A stretch of DNA of 64,000 bases from the NCBI GenBank assembly GCA_964477935.1, contig CAYZFX010000011.1:3277-67276 (forward strand). Reading direction: 5' to 3'. The DNA comes from an uncultured Syntrophorhabdus sp. (GTDB lineage: Bacteria; Desulfobacterota; BSN033; UBA1163). The position numbers and the translations under genes are program-made. Under the pieces are notes generated by a model. The model was not told the origin of the DNA and did not search any database. It saw only the letters and a program-made list of their open reading frames with translations. Shown here piece after piece: positions 1 through 9,107 of the stretch (position 1 is the stretch's first letter; the number at the start of each line of letters is the position of its first letter).

Positions 1-373
1 GCTTATATAGAGCCCACATTACAGGAAAACGGCCAGGTGTATATGAAAAACAAGATTGTACCATATCGACGATACCTTGAGTCATTCCATCGTAAGCGTC
101 ACCCGGGCTGAGTAAACTTCCCACAGGGTAATATTTAATATCGAGTTTGTACTTCCCTCCTGTCGCTGCTTCTACCATTTTAAAATACCTTGGTAATTGT
201 TGTGCCGCAACGAAATGCGTGGCTGGAAAGATGAGGTTGACTCCCAGCGTCACTGTTTGTGGGCTTGCTTCTGATTTCGCCATCACGACCACTTTTCCAT
301 TCCTCTCTAGGCTGAGGGCCATCATACTCATCGTTAACAACACTATTGCCGAAATGATAAATAGCTTTTTCAT
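1..373 (-). CDS. dctP: TRAP transporter substrate-binding protein DctP (second copy), truncated by the window start; not in the ORF track
   Basis: Manual translation from ATG at 373 (SD AAGGAGG) is open to the window edge: MKKLFIISAIVLLTMSMMALSL...YYPVGSLLSPGDAYDGMTQGIVDMVQSCFSYTPGRFPV. It has a signal peptide, and the YPxGxL, YDG...G..D and YTPGRFP motifs are typical of DctP. Confidence 0.9.
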   Translation of the reverse strand, partial: MKKLFIISAIVLLTMSMMALSLERNGKVVVMAKSEASPQTVTLGVNLIFPATHFVAAQQLPRYFKMVEAATGGKYKLDIKYYPVGSLLSPGDAYDGMTQGIVDMVQSCFSYTPGRFPVMWALYK

Positions 374-502
374 CGTTCTCCCTCCTTAAGATCTAAAATG
401 AAGTGGTTATTTTGAAAAAAATTTTCTATCTCATCCATCACCTCCTTTTTACACAGAATCATGAAGAAGTATGTCCACTTGCCGTTAAGTATCCATTTAA
501 AG

Positions 503-2206
503 CTACTCACACCTGAAGCTTTCGGCTTTCTCTTTATCACCACCAACATACTTGGGAATTTTGGGCCAGGGGCAAAGAGGTCGTGTACGCTTTTTGTCCC
601 AGTTCTCAGGAAGCTCTTGATTCAAAGGATCAACTGAAGCAATGATTCTGTCAGGCGGTTGACCGGCTTCAACCCAGGTCATGAGGGCGCTAAGGGCATC
701 GAATTGATCGGTCGCAGGACCACCGCGGCAATGCCCCATCCCCGGAACAAGAAAAAGCCTCACAAAATCGGCCGCCTTTCCACCATAATTACCCGCCAAA
801 TTTTTATACCAATCGATGATGTCGTTGGTTGAAAATACCCCATCGCTCTGTCCGTGATAGATGATCATCTTCCCGCCTCTGGCCTTGAAACCTTCCAGTT
901 TCGGGTTTGAAACATCGGGTGGGGACATAAACTCCATCGGGGACTCTTTGAAGGTTTCGTTTTTTGCGAAGATCTTCGGAGCATCTTTGTCAAAGTCGAA
1001 CTTGGCTAAAAAATTCAATAAGGACACAGGATCTCCCGGAGTTTGGGTCGGCGGGACCGTAAAGATATACGAGAGTGAGCCTGCTCCCATCACCGCAATC
1101 ACCGGCATGCCACCCCAGGCCGGGATGCCGCTCTCAAGTTTCCAGAACCGCCAATTACCGGCCCCCATCCCCCCATCATAGGGCCAAGTGGAATAAAGCT
1201 GTTCGCCCCTCGAATTTTTCGGTCCACCCATAGAACAATCCAGTGCTCTCACCTGTTCTGCGCTCAGGCAATCTCTCTTTTTTTCACCCGGACATTTCAA
1301 ATCTGAAAGTTTAAAGATTTCCTGACACCGGCTCAAATCGGCAACCAGCCCGTCCTCAAGCCCATCCAGAGCATCACACTTCTCAATTACTTTTGAAGCT
1401 ACCAGCTGAAGATCCTCACGGGAGAATGATTTCCGGATGTCCGGGTTGGCGATCTGGAAACATTGAACATCCCAGGCATGTTGAACTGCGGCCTTGGGAA
1501 GTTGAAGACCTGGATTGCCAACCAGAATACCATCGTAATGTTCAGGGTATCGGGATGCGGCGACCAGGCCATGACGACCGCCATTGGAACAACCGAACAT
1601 ATAGGAAAATGAAGGCTCTCTCCCGTAAAAATCTTTGATGATTTTTTTGGCAACCGTCACCATGGTCCCAGTAGCGGCGTATCCATAGTCAGAACGGGCC
1701 TGCGGGTCAAGGCCAAAGGCATTGCCTTGGGCTAACCCAAAGCCGGCATTGGCCGGATCTCTTGCATCATGTCCTCCATCGGTACTCAATACAGCAAAAC
1801 CACGGGCCAGGGCTGTAATGTTATTCACAGCATTTAAATTTCTCGGGTCTCCCTCAGCCGGGACGATGATCCCCTCATTTCCCCCGTTCATCTGATGGAG
1901 AAACCGGCCGTTCCAGGCAAGGGGCAACCTCATTTCAAACCCGATGGCATAGGTCTTCCCATCGATCCCTACCCGTTCATTCACTTTGCCTCTGATCAGA
2001 TAATAAGCCGGATATCGAGCATCATTCGTAACTAGTTCTGCTTGGGTGATTCGGACGTTCTTTAAATTAAGGGTTTCCGTGGTGATCGGTGAATAGCGAA
2101 GTTTAGCCAGAGCGGAGGAGGGGTCGGCGAAAGCAGGAATTGAATGGAGTGTTAAGGAGAGCAAAGTAAAGAATAAGATCTTTCTAAGAATGGTCTTTTG
2201 GAACAT
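503..2206 (-). CDS. Secreted tannase/feruloyl-esterase family alpha/beta hydrolase (MHETase-like clade)
   Basis: N-terminal signal peptide; catalytic Ser in GCSNGG, Asp in HGQSD, His in GMGHC (the CS-D-HC disulfide motif of tannase/FAE); AFGLDPQAR, CDALDG and RTRPLCP segments resemble MHETase. Confidence 0.93.
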   Translation of the reverse strand: MFQKTILRKILFFTLLSLTLHSIPAFADPSSALAKLRYSPITTETLNLKNVRITQAELVTNDARYPAYYLIRGKVNERVGIDGKTYAIGFEMRLPLAWNGRFLHQMNGGNEGIIVPAEGDPRNLNAVNNITALARGFAVLSTDGGHDARDPANAGFGLAQGNAFGLDPQARSDYGYAATGTMVTVAKKIIKDFYGREPSFSYMFGCSNGGRHGLVAASRYPEHYDGILVGNPGLQLPKAAVQHAWDVQCFQIANPDIRKSFSREDLQLVASKVIEKCDALDGLEDGLVADLSRCQEIFKLSDLKCPGEKKRDCLSAEQVRALDCSMGGPKNSRGEQLYSTWPYDGGMGAGNWRFWKLESGIPAWGGMPVIAVMGAGSLSYIFTVPPTQTPGDPVSLLNFLAKFDFDKDAPKIFAKNETFKESPMEFMSPPDVSNPKLEGFKARGGKMIIYHGQSDGVFSTNDIIDWYKNLAGNYGGKAADFVRLFLVPGMGHCRGGPATDQFDALSALMTWVEAGQPPDRIIASVDPLNQELPENWDKKRTRPLCPWPKIPKYVGGDKEKAESFRCE

Positions 2207-2352
2207 AAATCTCTATCCTCCTTTCGGAACGTTTTTTCTCTTTTTAAGGAGTTTTTTAAAATGTTCATGTCCGGAGAAAAGAGAGGGGGAAAAGCAACTT
2301 GTTCGGGTTTGCTAAATGCCATTCGCTTTCTTTTTTAAAAAGAACGATACTT

Positions 2353-3654
2353 TTACTTAATCACTCCGGGTAAGAAGAGGGCGATCTGGGGAAAAGCCAC
2401 CAATAGGATGACGAAGGCCAAGATGGTCAGACAGAAGGGGAAGATCCCCTTGAAGATGGTCTCCATGGGCACATCCTTAGCCACTCCGGCAATGATATAA
2501 ACATTCATGCCGATGGGTGGGGTGATCATGGCCATCTCCACCAACAGGACGATCAGGATACCGAACCAGATGGGATCGAAGCCGAGGTTTTTGACCACGG
2601 GAAAGAAGATAGGCACGGTCAGGAGGACCATGGCCATGGTGTCGATGAAGCAGCCGAGGATGATGTAGAGCAGGATGATACAGCCCATCACCAGAACGGG
2701 ATGGATGCCGAGACCGACGATATAATTGGCCAGCTCCATGGGAATCGTGCTCACCGCGAAAAAAGGAATGAGGATGAAGGCCCCGAGGGCACAGAAAAAG
2801 ATCATGCCCGTCGTCTTCACCGCATCGGTCACACTATCCTTGATCCCCTGCCAGTTGATCTTCTTTCGGATGAGGGAAAGGACGAGAGCACCGAAGGCGG
2901 CCACCGCCCCGGCCTCGGTGGGGGTGAACCATCCGATGATCAGACCGCCGAGGACCAAAACGATCAGTACCAACATCTCTCCACATTCGGCGGCGGCACT
3001 CAATTTTTCCCTGAAGGTGGTGCTTTCTCCCCTCGGGGCGATCGATGGGTTGAAACGCACCCGACCGTAGACCATTCCCATGAACATGAGGCTGAGGATG
3101 ACTCCTGGAATGATCCCAGCCGTAAAGAGTTTGACGATCGAGGTTTCTGTCAGAATGCCGTAGATGATCAAAATCGTACTGGGGGGGATGAGGAAGCCCA
3201 GGGTTCCCCCTGCGGCAATACAACCGGTGGCCAGGCTGGTATCGTATTTATAACTTCTCATCGCTGGGATAGCAGAGGTGCCGATGGTTGCAGCGGTCGC
3301 AATGCTCGAGGCGCTCACCGCCGAGAAGATGCTACAGGCCCCCAAGGCCGCGATAGCCAGACCTCCGGGTAGTCGGCCGAAGATGCTATTTGCCAATCGG
3401 AAGAGGCTCTGTCCCAACCCTGCGCGGAAGAGGACCGTGCCCATGAGGAGGAAGAGGGGGAGCACCAGCCAGTCATAATTGGAGATGAGGCCGTAAGAGA
3501 CCGTTGCGAGGACATTGAAGGCCGCTTTGACCGTGGTGAGGTAGGCAAAACCCACGAAGCCCACCAGCATCATGGCTGCGCCGATAGGGACGCCCAAGAG
3601 CAAGAGCAGGAGAATGATGACGATGCCGAGGATACCGCAGAGAAACGGGCTCAT
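2353..3654 (-). CDS. dctM: TRAP transporter large permease
   Basis: 433-aa highly hydrophobic protein with LPLFLLMG, GGTLGFLIPPS, TPTEAGA and ITPPIGMN motifs. Confidence 0.96.
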   Translation of the reverse strand: MSPFLCGILGIVIILLLLLLGVPIGAAMMLVGFVGFAYLTTVKAAFNVLATVSYGLISNYDWLVLPLFLLMGTVLFRAGLGQSLFRLANSIFGRLPGGLAIAALGACSIFSAVSASSIATAATIGTSAIPAMRSYKYDTSLATGCIAAGGTLGFLIPPSTILIIYGILTETSIVKLFTAGIIPGVILSLMFMGMVYGRVRFNPSIAPRGESTTFREKLSAAAECGEMLVLIVLVLGGLIIGWFTPTEAGAVAAFGALVLSLIRKKINWQGIKDSVTDAVKTTGMIFFCALGAFILIPFFAVSTIPMELANYIVGLGIHPVLVMGCIILLYIILGCFIDTMAMVLLTVPIFFPVVKNLGFDPIWFGILIVLLVEMAMITPPIGMNVYIIAGVAKDVPMETIFKGIFPFCLTILAFVILLVAFPQIALFLPGVIK

Positions 3655-3661
3655 AATCTGT

Positions 3662-4153
3662 TTAGAGTCTCCTCCTATTCCATGTTTTTATCGTTCCGAC
3701 GAGATGTGAAATAAAATAACCCAGAAGGAGGGCACAACCGATGGCCAGGATCACCCGGAAAGGTGCCGCAGGGAGATGAAGGATGGGGGTTTTTGCCCCC
3801 CGTTTGATCATTGCATCGTAGGTATAGAGAAGCGCGCCCCATCCTAATAGGGCTACCGCCCCGATACTGATCAAAAGGGAGAGGACCGTAAAAAATGGCT
3901 GAATTCGGCCGGGCAATCGGTGGATTAATATCTCGATGATGATATGGGAGCGCTCCGCCTGGGTGTAGCTCAATGCGAAGGAGATCAAAAAGATTCCTGC
4001 CAGGCTGATGAGCTCGACGCCTCCATATAAGGGAGAACCGAAGAAGAGCCGGCCGATCACATGGACCACCGTGACGAGCATCATCGCGATGAGAGAGACG
4101 GAGGCGATGAAGAGGGGTATCTTTTTGAAGGTAAATCTGGGGGATGGTTCCAC
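3662..4153 (-). CDS. dctQ: TRAP transporter small permease
   Basis: 163 aa, four TM segments, HIIIEIL motif; lies between dctP and dctM. Confidence 0.92.
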   Translation of the reverse strand: MEPSPRFTFKKIPLFIASVSLIAMMLVTVVHVIGRLFFGSPLYGGVELISLAGIFLISFALSYTQAERSHIIIEILIHRLPGRIQPFFTVLSLLISIGAVALLGWGALLYTYDAMIKRGAKTPILHLPAAPFRVILAIGCALLLGYFISHLVGTIKTWNRRRL

Positions 4154-4184
4154 AGGTTGATCCTCGCTCGAAATCTCGATAAAA

Positions 4185-4235
4185 TCGGGTTCGCCTCGCT
4201 ATGAATTCAAATTCATCATAGTGAGACGAACCCGA
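4185..4235. terminator. Long stem-loop between dctP and dctQ (attenuator or mRNA-stabilising hairpin)
   Basis: Arms TCGGGTTCGCCTCGCTATGA (from 4185) and TCATAGTGAGACGAACCCGA (to 4235) are reverse complements with 2 mismatches; there is an inner ATGAAT-TCAA-ATTCAT stem. Confidence 0.7.
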
Positions 4236-4255
4236 CCAAGAGGAGGGGATTCGCC

Positions 4256-5260
4256 CTACTTTCGGATACTATTGATAAACTCCTGCACCTTGGTGGCAGG
4301 ATAACCCTTGGCGTCCAGGGCTAAAGCGTGTTTCCGGTTGCTCCCATCGACCTTTGCAAACCAGGCCGCCTCCTCAGCAGGAGCGAGTTTGATAAACTCC
4401 ACGCCCTGACCTTTGGCATAAGCCACGGCAGAGGCATCCGCCGCCTCAAAGGCCTTGATCGATTCGCTCCTTCCCCATTCGAGGCTGGCATCGATGATCT
4501 TCTGGAGATCCGGCGGAATCTTCTTCCAGCTGTCCCAGTTCATGACCATAAACCAGTTGCTGGAACAGTACATTCCGAATTCCGTGACATACTTGATGGG
4601 GATTTTGAAGGATTCGATGGCCTCTTTAAAGACCAGGCCCCCATGGACCGTTCCTTTCTGGATCCCGATGACCATGTCGGCACTGGTCATGCTGACCGGT
4701 GTTCCTCCCAATTCTCTAAGGGCATCGGAGGCTTCGGGGACAGGCGATCTCAGGGAGAGCCCCTTAAGGTCGGCCATCACCCGGACGGGTTTGGTGGTCG
4801 CAACCACGGCAGGCCCGGAGGCATGGGTCCATAAGACCTTTACGCTCTCCCATTCCTTTCGGAATTCAGGGAACCTTTTCCAAACTTCCATGGTGATCCG
4901 GGAGGCTGTGGTGGCATCCGGAAGTCCGGCCAGAAACATGGAGATCATCCCGGTCAACTCAGCGCCTGCCCGCGCATACCGGTAGCTGGCACCGATATCG
5001 GCGACTCCCTTTTCAATCCCCTCGTAGGTGACGAAGGGACCGATCAGGGTACCCCCCGGGAAGATCCGGAAGGTCAGTCTCCCCTTGCTCTCCTCCTCGA
5101 TCTTCTTAGCCCAGGCCGTGATCTGTTTGTCATACATCGATCCGGCGGGGGCCATGTGGCTGATCCGGAGTTCCATAGCTTTCACTGGTTTCTGGTAGAG
5201 GGTGGTGACTAAACCGATGATGAATAATACTGCCAAGAAAAACATTAAACTCTTTTTCAT
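4256..5260 (-). CDS. dctP: TRAP transporter substrate-binding protein
   Basis: Signal peptide, SHMAP, IFPGGTL, DLKGLSLR and LGGTPV motifs; SD AAGGAGG upstream. Confidence 0.95.
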   Translation of the reverse strand: MKKSLMFFLAVLFIIGLVTTLYQKPVKAMELRISHMAPAGSMYDKQITAWAKKIEEESKGRLTFRIFPGGTLIGPFVTYEGIEKGVADIGASYRYARAGAELTGMISMFLAGLPDATTASRITMEVWKRFPEFRKEWESVKVLWTHASGPAVVATTKPVRVMADLKGLSLRSPVPEASDALRELGGTPVSMTSADMVIGIQKGTVHGGLVFKEAIESFKIPIKYVTEFGMYCSSNWFMVMNWDSWKKIPPDLQKIIDASLEWGRSESIKAFEAADASAVAYAKGQGVEFIKLAPAEEAAWFAKVDGSNRKHALALDAKGYPATKVQEFINSIRK

Positions 5261-5417
5261 GCTTTACACCTCCTTAAAGATGAGTTGGTTAATGAATTTC
5301 CCCAGCCGATACCTGTTTGGATCTATCTTTTTCTCCAACCATCTTCTCTCACCATCACCCCCTTTAAGAAATCCTTGTTGCCCACCTATTCATTATTATA
5401 TACTCTTTCACAACCAA

Positions 5418-6959
5418 TCAAGATTCTTTCTCAATAGGGTTGACGGGCCACTCGCAGGATTTCTTTTCGAGAAATTGTTTTCTCAACTCCCTTTTTAATA
5501 TCTTCCCTGCCGGACTTTTAGGCATTTCCTGGACCAGGATGTATTCCTTAGGGACCTTGAAGGGAGAGAGCCTGGATTTAAGGAAAAGTTTTATTTCTTC
5601 TGTTGCAACCGTCTGCCCGGGTTTAGGGATGATAAAGGCGGTCACCCGCTCCCCCCATTCTTTATCGGGAAGTCCCACGACCGCGCACTCCTGGATTTCA
5701 GGTCGGGTGTAGAGCACCTCTTCCACCTCCCGGGGATAGACGTTCTCGCCTCCGGTGATGATCATGTCTTTAAGGCGATCTACGATATAAAGATATCCTT
5801 CCCCGTCGAAGAGGCCGATGTCCCCGGACCGAAGCCACCCACCTTCCCAAAAGGCGGCAAGATTCCCTTCGGGGTTGTTCAGGTATCCCTTCATCACGAT
5901 CGGTCCCCGGAAGCAGATCTCCCCTTCTTGGCCTTGCTCCAGGAGATGGCCTGAGGTGTCCCGGATCTGGACTTCGACTCCGTGGATGGGTTGTCCCACC
6001 GATCCGACCACATGCCTGTCGGGATAGTAGTGATTGTAGGTCACGGGCATGCCCTCGGTCATGCCATAAGATTCGCAGATTTTGATACCTGTCCGTTCTT
6101 TCCACTGTTTGACGATCTCTCGAGGCAGGGACGCTGCGGCAGAGAAACAGTATCGGAGTTTACCCAGCTTTTCACTCAGATCATTCACCCCAAGGAGCCG
6201 GACATAGACCGTGGGCACACCAAAGAATTTAGTAATCCGGCCAGCGGCCATCAGCTCCAGCGTTTTTCCCAAATCGAAGGAAGGGAGAATCTCCAGGCAT
6301 CCCGCGGAGAGGATCGTGGCGTTCATGATGTGGATCTGACCAAAGACGTGGTTGAAGGGCATAAAACATAAGGCCCGGTCGTTTTCAGTATTTCGCTCGA
6401 AGTGGGCGATGCTGAAACTGGAAAAATTGATCCCTTCATGGGTGAGCATGGCCCCTTTGGGGGTTCCGGTTGTCCCTCCCGTATAAAGGATGGCCGCTGT
6501 GTCGCTTCGCTCACGCTCGATGGCTTTAAAGTGAGGAGAGCCGGTTTCGATCAATCGAGGTAAAGAGATGTCCCCGTTAGGAGAGATTATCTTCTCCAAC
6601 CCGATTGAATCTTTTAATCGGAGAAGGTCATTCAATTTCTCATCGTATGTGTATAGGATCTTTGGCTTTGAATGTCCGACCAGGAGGGAAAGCTCATCGC
6701 CCCTCAGGAGACTCGAGTAGGTAATGGCCACCGCACCCGCTTTGAGGGCCCCGAAATAGAAGGCAATCCAATCCATTGAGTTCGGCGCCAGAAGGCCGAC
6801 GAAATCTCCCGGCTTTAGGCCCAGTTTAATCAGGGCTGTCGCAATCCTGTTCGATCTTTCGTTAAGCTGCTTGTAGGTTGTAACCTGGTCATTTTCACAA
6901 ACGGCGGGATGCTCGGGGAAGAAAAAGGCCGATTTTTCAAGATTAGAGGCAAGGTTCAT
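5418..6959 (-). CDS. Acyl/aryl-CoA ligase (AMP-binding, long-chain-fatty-acid-CoA ligase family)
   Basis: YTGGTTGTPKG, YGMTE, RSGDIG, DRLKDMIITGGENVYPREVE and PKSPAGKI motifs. Confidence 0.95.
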   Translation of the reverse strand: MNLASNLEKSAFFFPEHPAVCENDQVTTYKQLNERSNRIATALIKLGLKPGDFVGLLAPNSMDWIAFYFGALKAGAVAITYSSLLRGDELSLLVGHSKPKILYTYDEKLNDLLRLKDSIGLEKIISPNGDISLPRLIETGSPHFKAIERERSDTAAILYTGGTTGTPKGAMLTHEGINFSSFSIAHFERNTENDRALCFMPFNHVFGQIHIMNATILSAGCLEILPSFDLGKTLELMAAGRITKFFGVPTVYVRLLGVNDLSEKLGKLRYCFSAAASLPREIVKQWKERTGIKICESYGMTEGMPVTYNHYYPDRHVVGSVGQPIHGVEVQIRDTSGHLLEQGQEGEICFRGPIVMKGYLNNPEGNLAAFWEGGWLRSGDIGLFDGEGYLYIVDRLKDMIITGGENVYPREVEEVLYTRPEIQECAVVGLPDKEWGERVTAFIIPKPGQTVATEEIKLFLKSRLSPFKVPKEYILVQEMPKSPAGKILKRELRKQFLEKKSCEWPVNPIEKES

Positions 6960-7056
6960 TGATTTTATTCCCGGGTGGCGATGTTAAAAACATAACCATT
7001 TGATTTTAATAGTAAAATTTACAGATCCGCCTACCTTTTTCTTGTGGGTGGTCTAA

Positions 7057-7085
7057 TATTTATATGATTTTAAAATATTTGTCAA
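7057..7085 (-). promoter_or_regulatory. Candidate sigma70 promoter of the ligase-TRAP-esterase operon, in the divergent region shared with the regulator
   Basis: Minus-strand TTGACA (7085-7080) followed by AT-rich TATAAATA. A TGGTCTA FadR-type half site lies just downstream. Confidence 0.45.
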
Positions 7086-7129
7086 TATTCCTTTGCAAAA
7101 AAATCTTTTTTGTAGTAAGATTCCCAAAA

Positions 7130-7888
7130 ATGGTTGGTAAATTTAACCCGGTTAAACAGTTTAGGGTCTCCGAGGGAGTGATTAACCAGCTAAAACACTC
7201 CATCCTCCTTGGCCATTTTAAGGCGGGCGAAAGATTGCCCTCGGAGAGGGAACTTGCCGAAGAGTTCCGGGTCAGCCGGATGGCGATCCGGGAGGCCCTG
7301 AGAGCCCTTGAGCTCTCCGGATTCATAGAGACACGGCAGGGGATCAATGGCGGGGCCTTTGTAACGGATCTCACCTTTGAACATCTGGGCAATGCCTTCC
7401 TCGATCTCTTTTTAGCTGATAAGATCTCCATCCCCGAGATGTTACAGGTCAGACTCCTCATCGAGCCAGAGGTAGCCAGGCTTGCGACCTTGAACATTAA
7501 TCCCTCCTATACCCAGAGGTTGAAAGAAGCCCTTGAGCTTGAGGAACTCCCTCCGACCTCATTGATCCACGACGTCGAGATCAAACAGAACTTCCATTTT
7601 ATTCTGGCGGAGATGGCTGGCAATCGGTTCTTTGAAGCGATTGTCCGATCACTGTTAAAGTTGACCAAAAATCTGGTATTGGGAGTGGATGTGGGCCCTC
7701 GCTTTATCCATCCGGCAGGCATGCATCGAAAGGTGGCAGAGGCTGTTCTGTCCGGCAATCCGGGGGATGCTTATGAGGCGATGAGGAGGCATACCCTTGA
7801 GTTCGGAGAGAAACTGATCGAACTGGAAAAGGCCTACCGGCAAAAGAAAGCCCTTCTCTCTTATGAAGGGATGTTCCTCGATCGATAG
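7130..7888 (+). CDS. GntR/FadR-family transcriptional regulator
   Basis: wHTH RLPSERELAEEFRVSRMAIREAL plus FCD domain (FHFILAEMAGN, HRKVAEAV). Start moved to ATG 7130 (MVGKFNPVK). Divergent from the ligase operon. Confidence 0.93.
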   Translation: MVGKFNPVKQFRVSEGVINQLKHSILLGHFKAGERLPSERELAEEFRVSRMAIREALRALELSGFIETRQGINGGAFVTDLTFEHLGNAFLDLFLADKISIPEMLQVRLLIEPEVARLATLNINPSYTQRLKEALELEELPPTSLIHDVEIKQNFHFILAEMAGNRFFEAIVRSLLKLTKNLVLGVDVGPRFIHPAGMHRKVAEAVLSGNPGDAYEAMRRHTLEFGEKLIELEKAYRQKKALLSYEGMFLDR

Positions 7889-8412
7889 ACTTCTTTCCCC
7901 TTCTTCTTCAGAAAATAAAAAAATCCCCGGGTAAGTCCATAACCGAGTAAAGCCCCCGTGAGAATATCGGTGGGATAATGTAGACCTAAATAGATTCGGG
8001 TCCATCCGATGAGCCCGGCAAAGAGGTAGAAGGCAATCCGATATCGGGGAAACCAGCGGGCCAGGAGGGTGGCCATCATGAAACTCAAAGCAGCATGGAC
8101 ACTGGGGAAACTTGGGTCGAGGATCTCTCCAGGGCCCCCGGAGAGCTTTGAAGCCATCTCCGGGAGATGATGGAAGGGTCTCTCCCGTTGAACGAGAAAT
8201 TTAAGGCCATAGAGGAGGGCGGATTGAAGGACATAGAGAAGGAGGAGGTGGCGAAAGATCCTTCTCGATTTGCTCGGGACCAGTGTGAGCAGGAGAAAAA
8301 GGAGAACCGCCACATGACTTCCGAGATGGGTCAGCCAGGGGATCGTCTGATCGAGAAACGGTGTGCTCCACCATCCGTTTGCCCACCGCATGAATTGGAG
8401 TTCCCAACCCAT
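7861..8412 (-). CDS. PAP2-family membrane phosphatase (undecaprenyl-PP phosphatase-like)
   Basis: K..VQRERP, PSFPSVH and TRIYLGLHYPTD motifs; hydrophobic. Confidence 0.92.
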   Translation of the reverse strand: MGWELQFMRWANGWWSTPFLDQTIPWLTHLGSHVAVLLFLLLTLVPSKSRRIFRHLLLLYVLQSALLYGLKFLVQRERPFHHLPEMASKLSGGPGEILDPSFPSVHAALSFMMATLLARWFPRYRIAFYLFAGLIGWTRIYLGLHYPTDILTGALLGYGLTRGFFYFLKKKGKEVYRSRNIPS

Positions 8413-8447
8413 CTTCTCGTCTTCTCGTCCCTCTTTCGGGATCGTTT

Positions 8448-9107
8448 TTATAAGAGGGGAAGCAGAGGGATGATGTCCGCCAAATTCTCACTCCGAACGC
8501 AGACGCTGGCCACCCTTTCAAGGTCGGTGCAGGAGGGATTGAAGGCCACCGAGAAACCGACCATCTCGAGCATGTCGAGATCGCCATGGCTGTCTCCGAT
8601 GGCGATGGTTTCTTCGGGCCTCACCTCAAACTGTCTCAGGATTTTCTCAACCCATTCGGCTTTTTGGTCATAACGGACCCGGATCCTCACTTTCCCGTTT
8701 AAGATTCCATCCTCCCAGAGGAGGTCATTGGCGACGGAATAATCGAACCCGAATCTCTGATGGACCCAGTCGGCAAGGAGGGAGAGGCCGGAAGAGACCA
8801 TTGAAAGTTTCAGCCCCTTCCCCTTTAAATAGGAGATCAATTCCTCGGTACCCGCATGGAAAGGAACGGTTTGGATGATTTGCCTCATCTCCTCCACCCT
8901 CATCCCCTTCCAGACCTCGGCATCGCGTTCGCAGAATTCCTGATAGGTGATCTCCCCTGCCAGAAACTGCCTCTGATACTCCTCGGCCAGGCCATACCAT
9001 TTTCCTAACCGAACATGGATATATTCCCAGACGGACCGCTCCCTCGTCAGCGTCCCATCGAGATCGAAAACGACCAATTTGAATCGTTGATCTTTTTGAA
9101 AAGTCAT
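8448..9107 (-). CDS. HAD-IB phosphatase (phosphoserine phosphatase-like)
   Basis: FDLDGTL, VSSG, K and IGDSHGD HAD motifs I-IV. Confidence 0.88.
   Translation of the reverse strand: MTFQKDQRFKLVVFDLDGTLTRERSVWEYIHVRLGKWYGLAEEYQRQFLAGEITYQEFCERDAEVWKGMRVEEMRQIIQTVPFHAGTEELISYLKGKGLKLSMVSSGLSLLADWVHQRFGFDYSVANDLLWEDGILNGKVRIRVRYDQKAEWVEKILRQFEVRPEETIAIGDSHGDLDMLEMVGFSVAFNPSCTDLERVASVCVRSENLADIIPLLPLL

Noticed and set aside
7021-7145. Defined FadR operator
   Set aside because: Only half sites (TGGTCTA, AGGTAGG, TGGTTGG) are visible, with no complete TGGT-N3-ACCA palindrome, so no operator is claimed.
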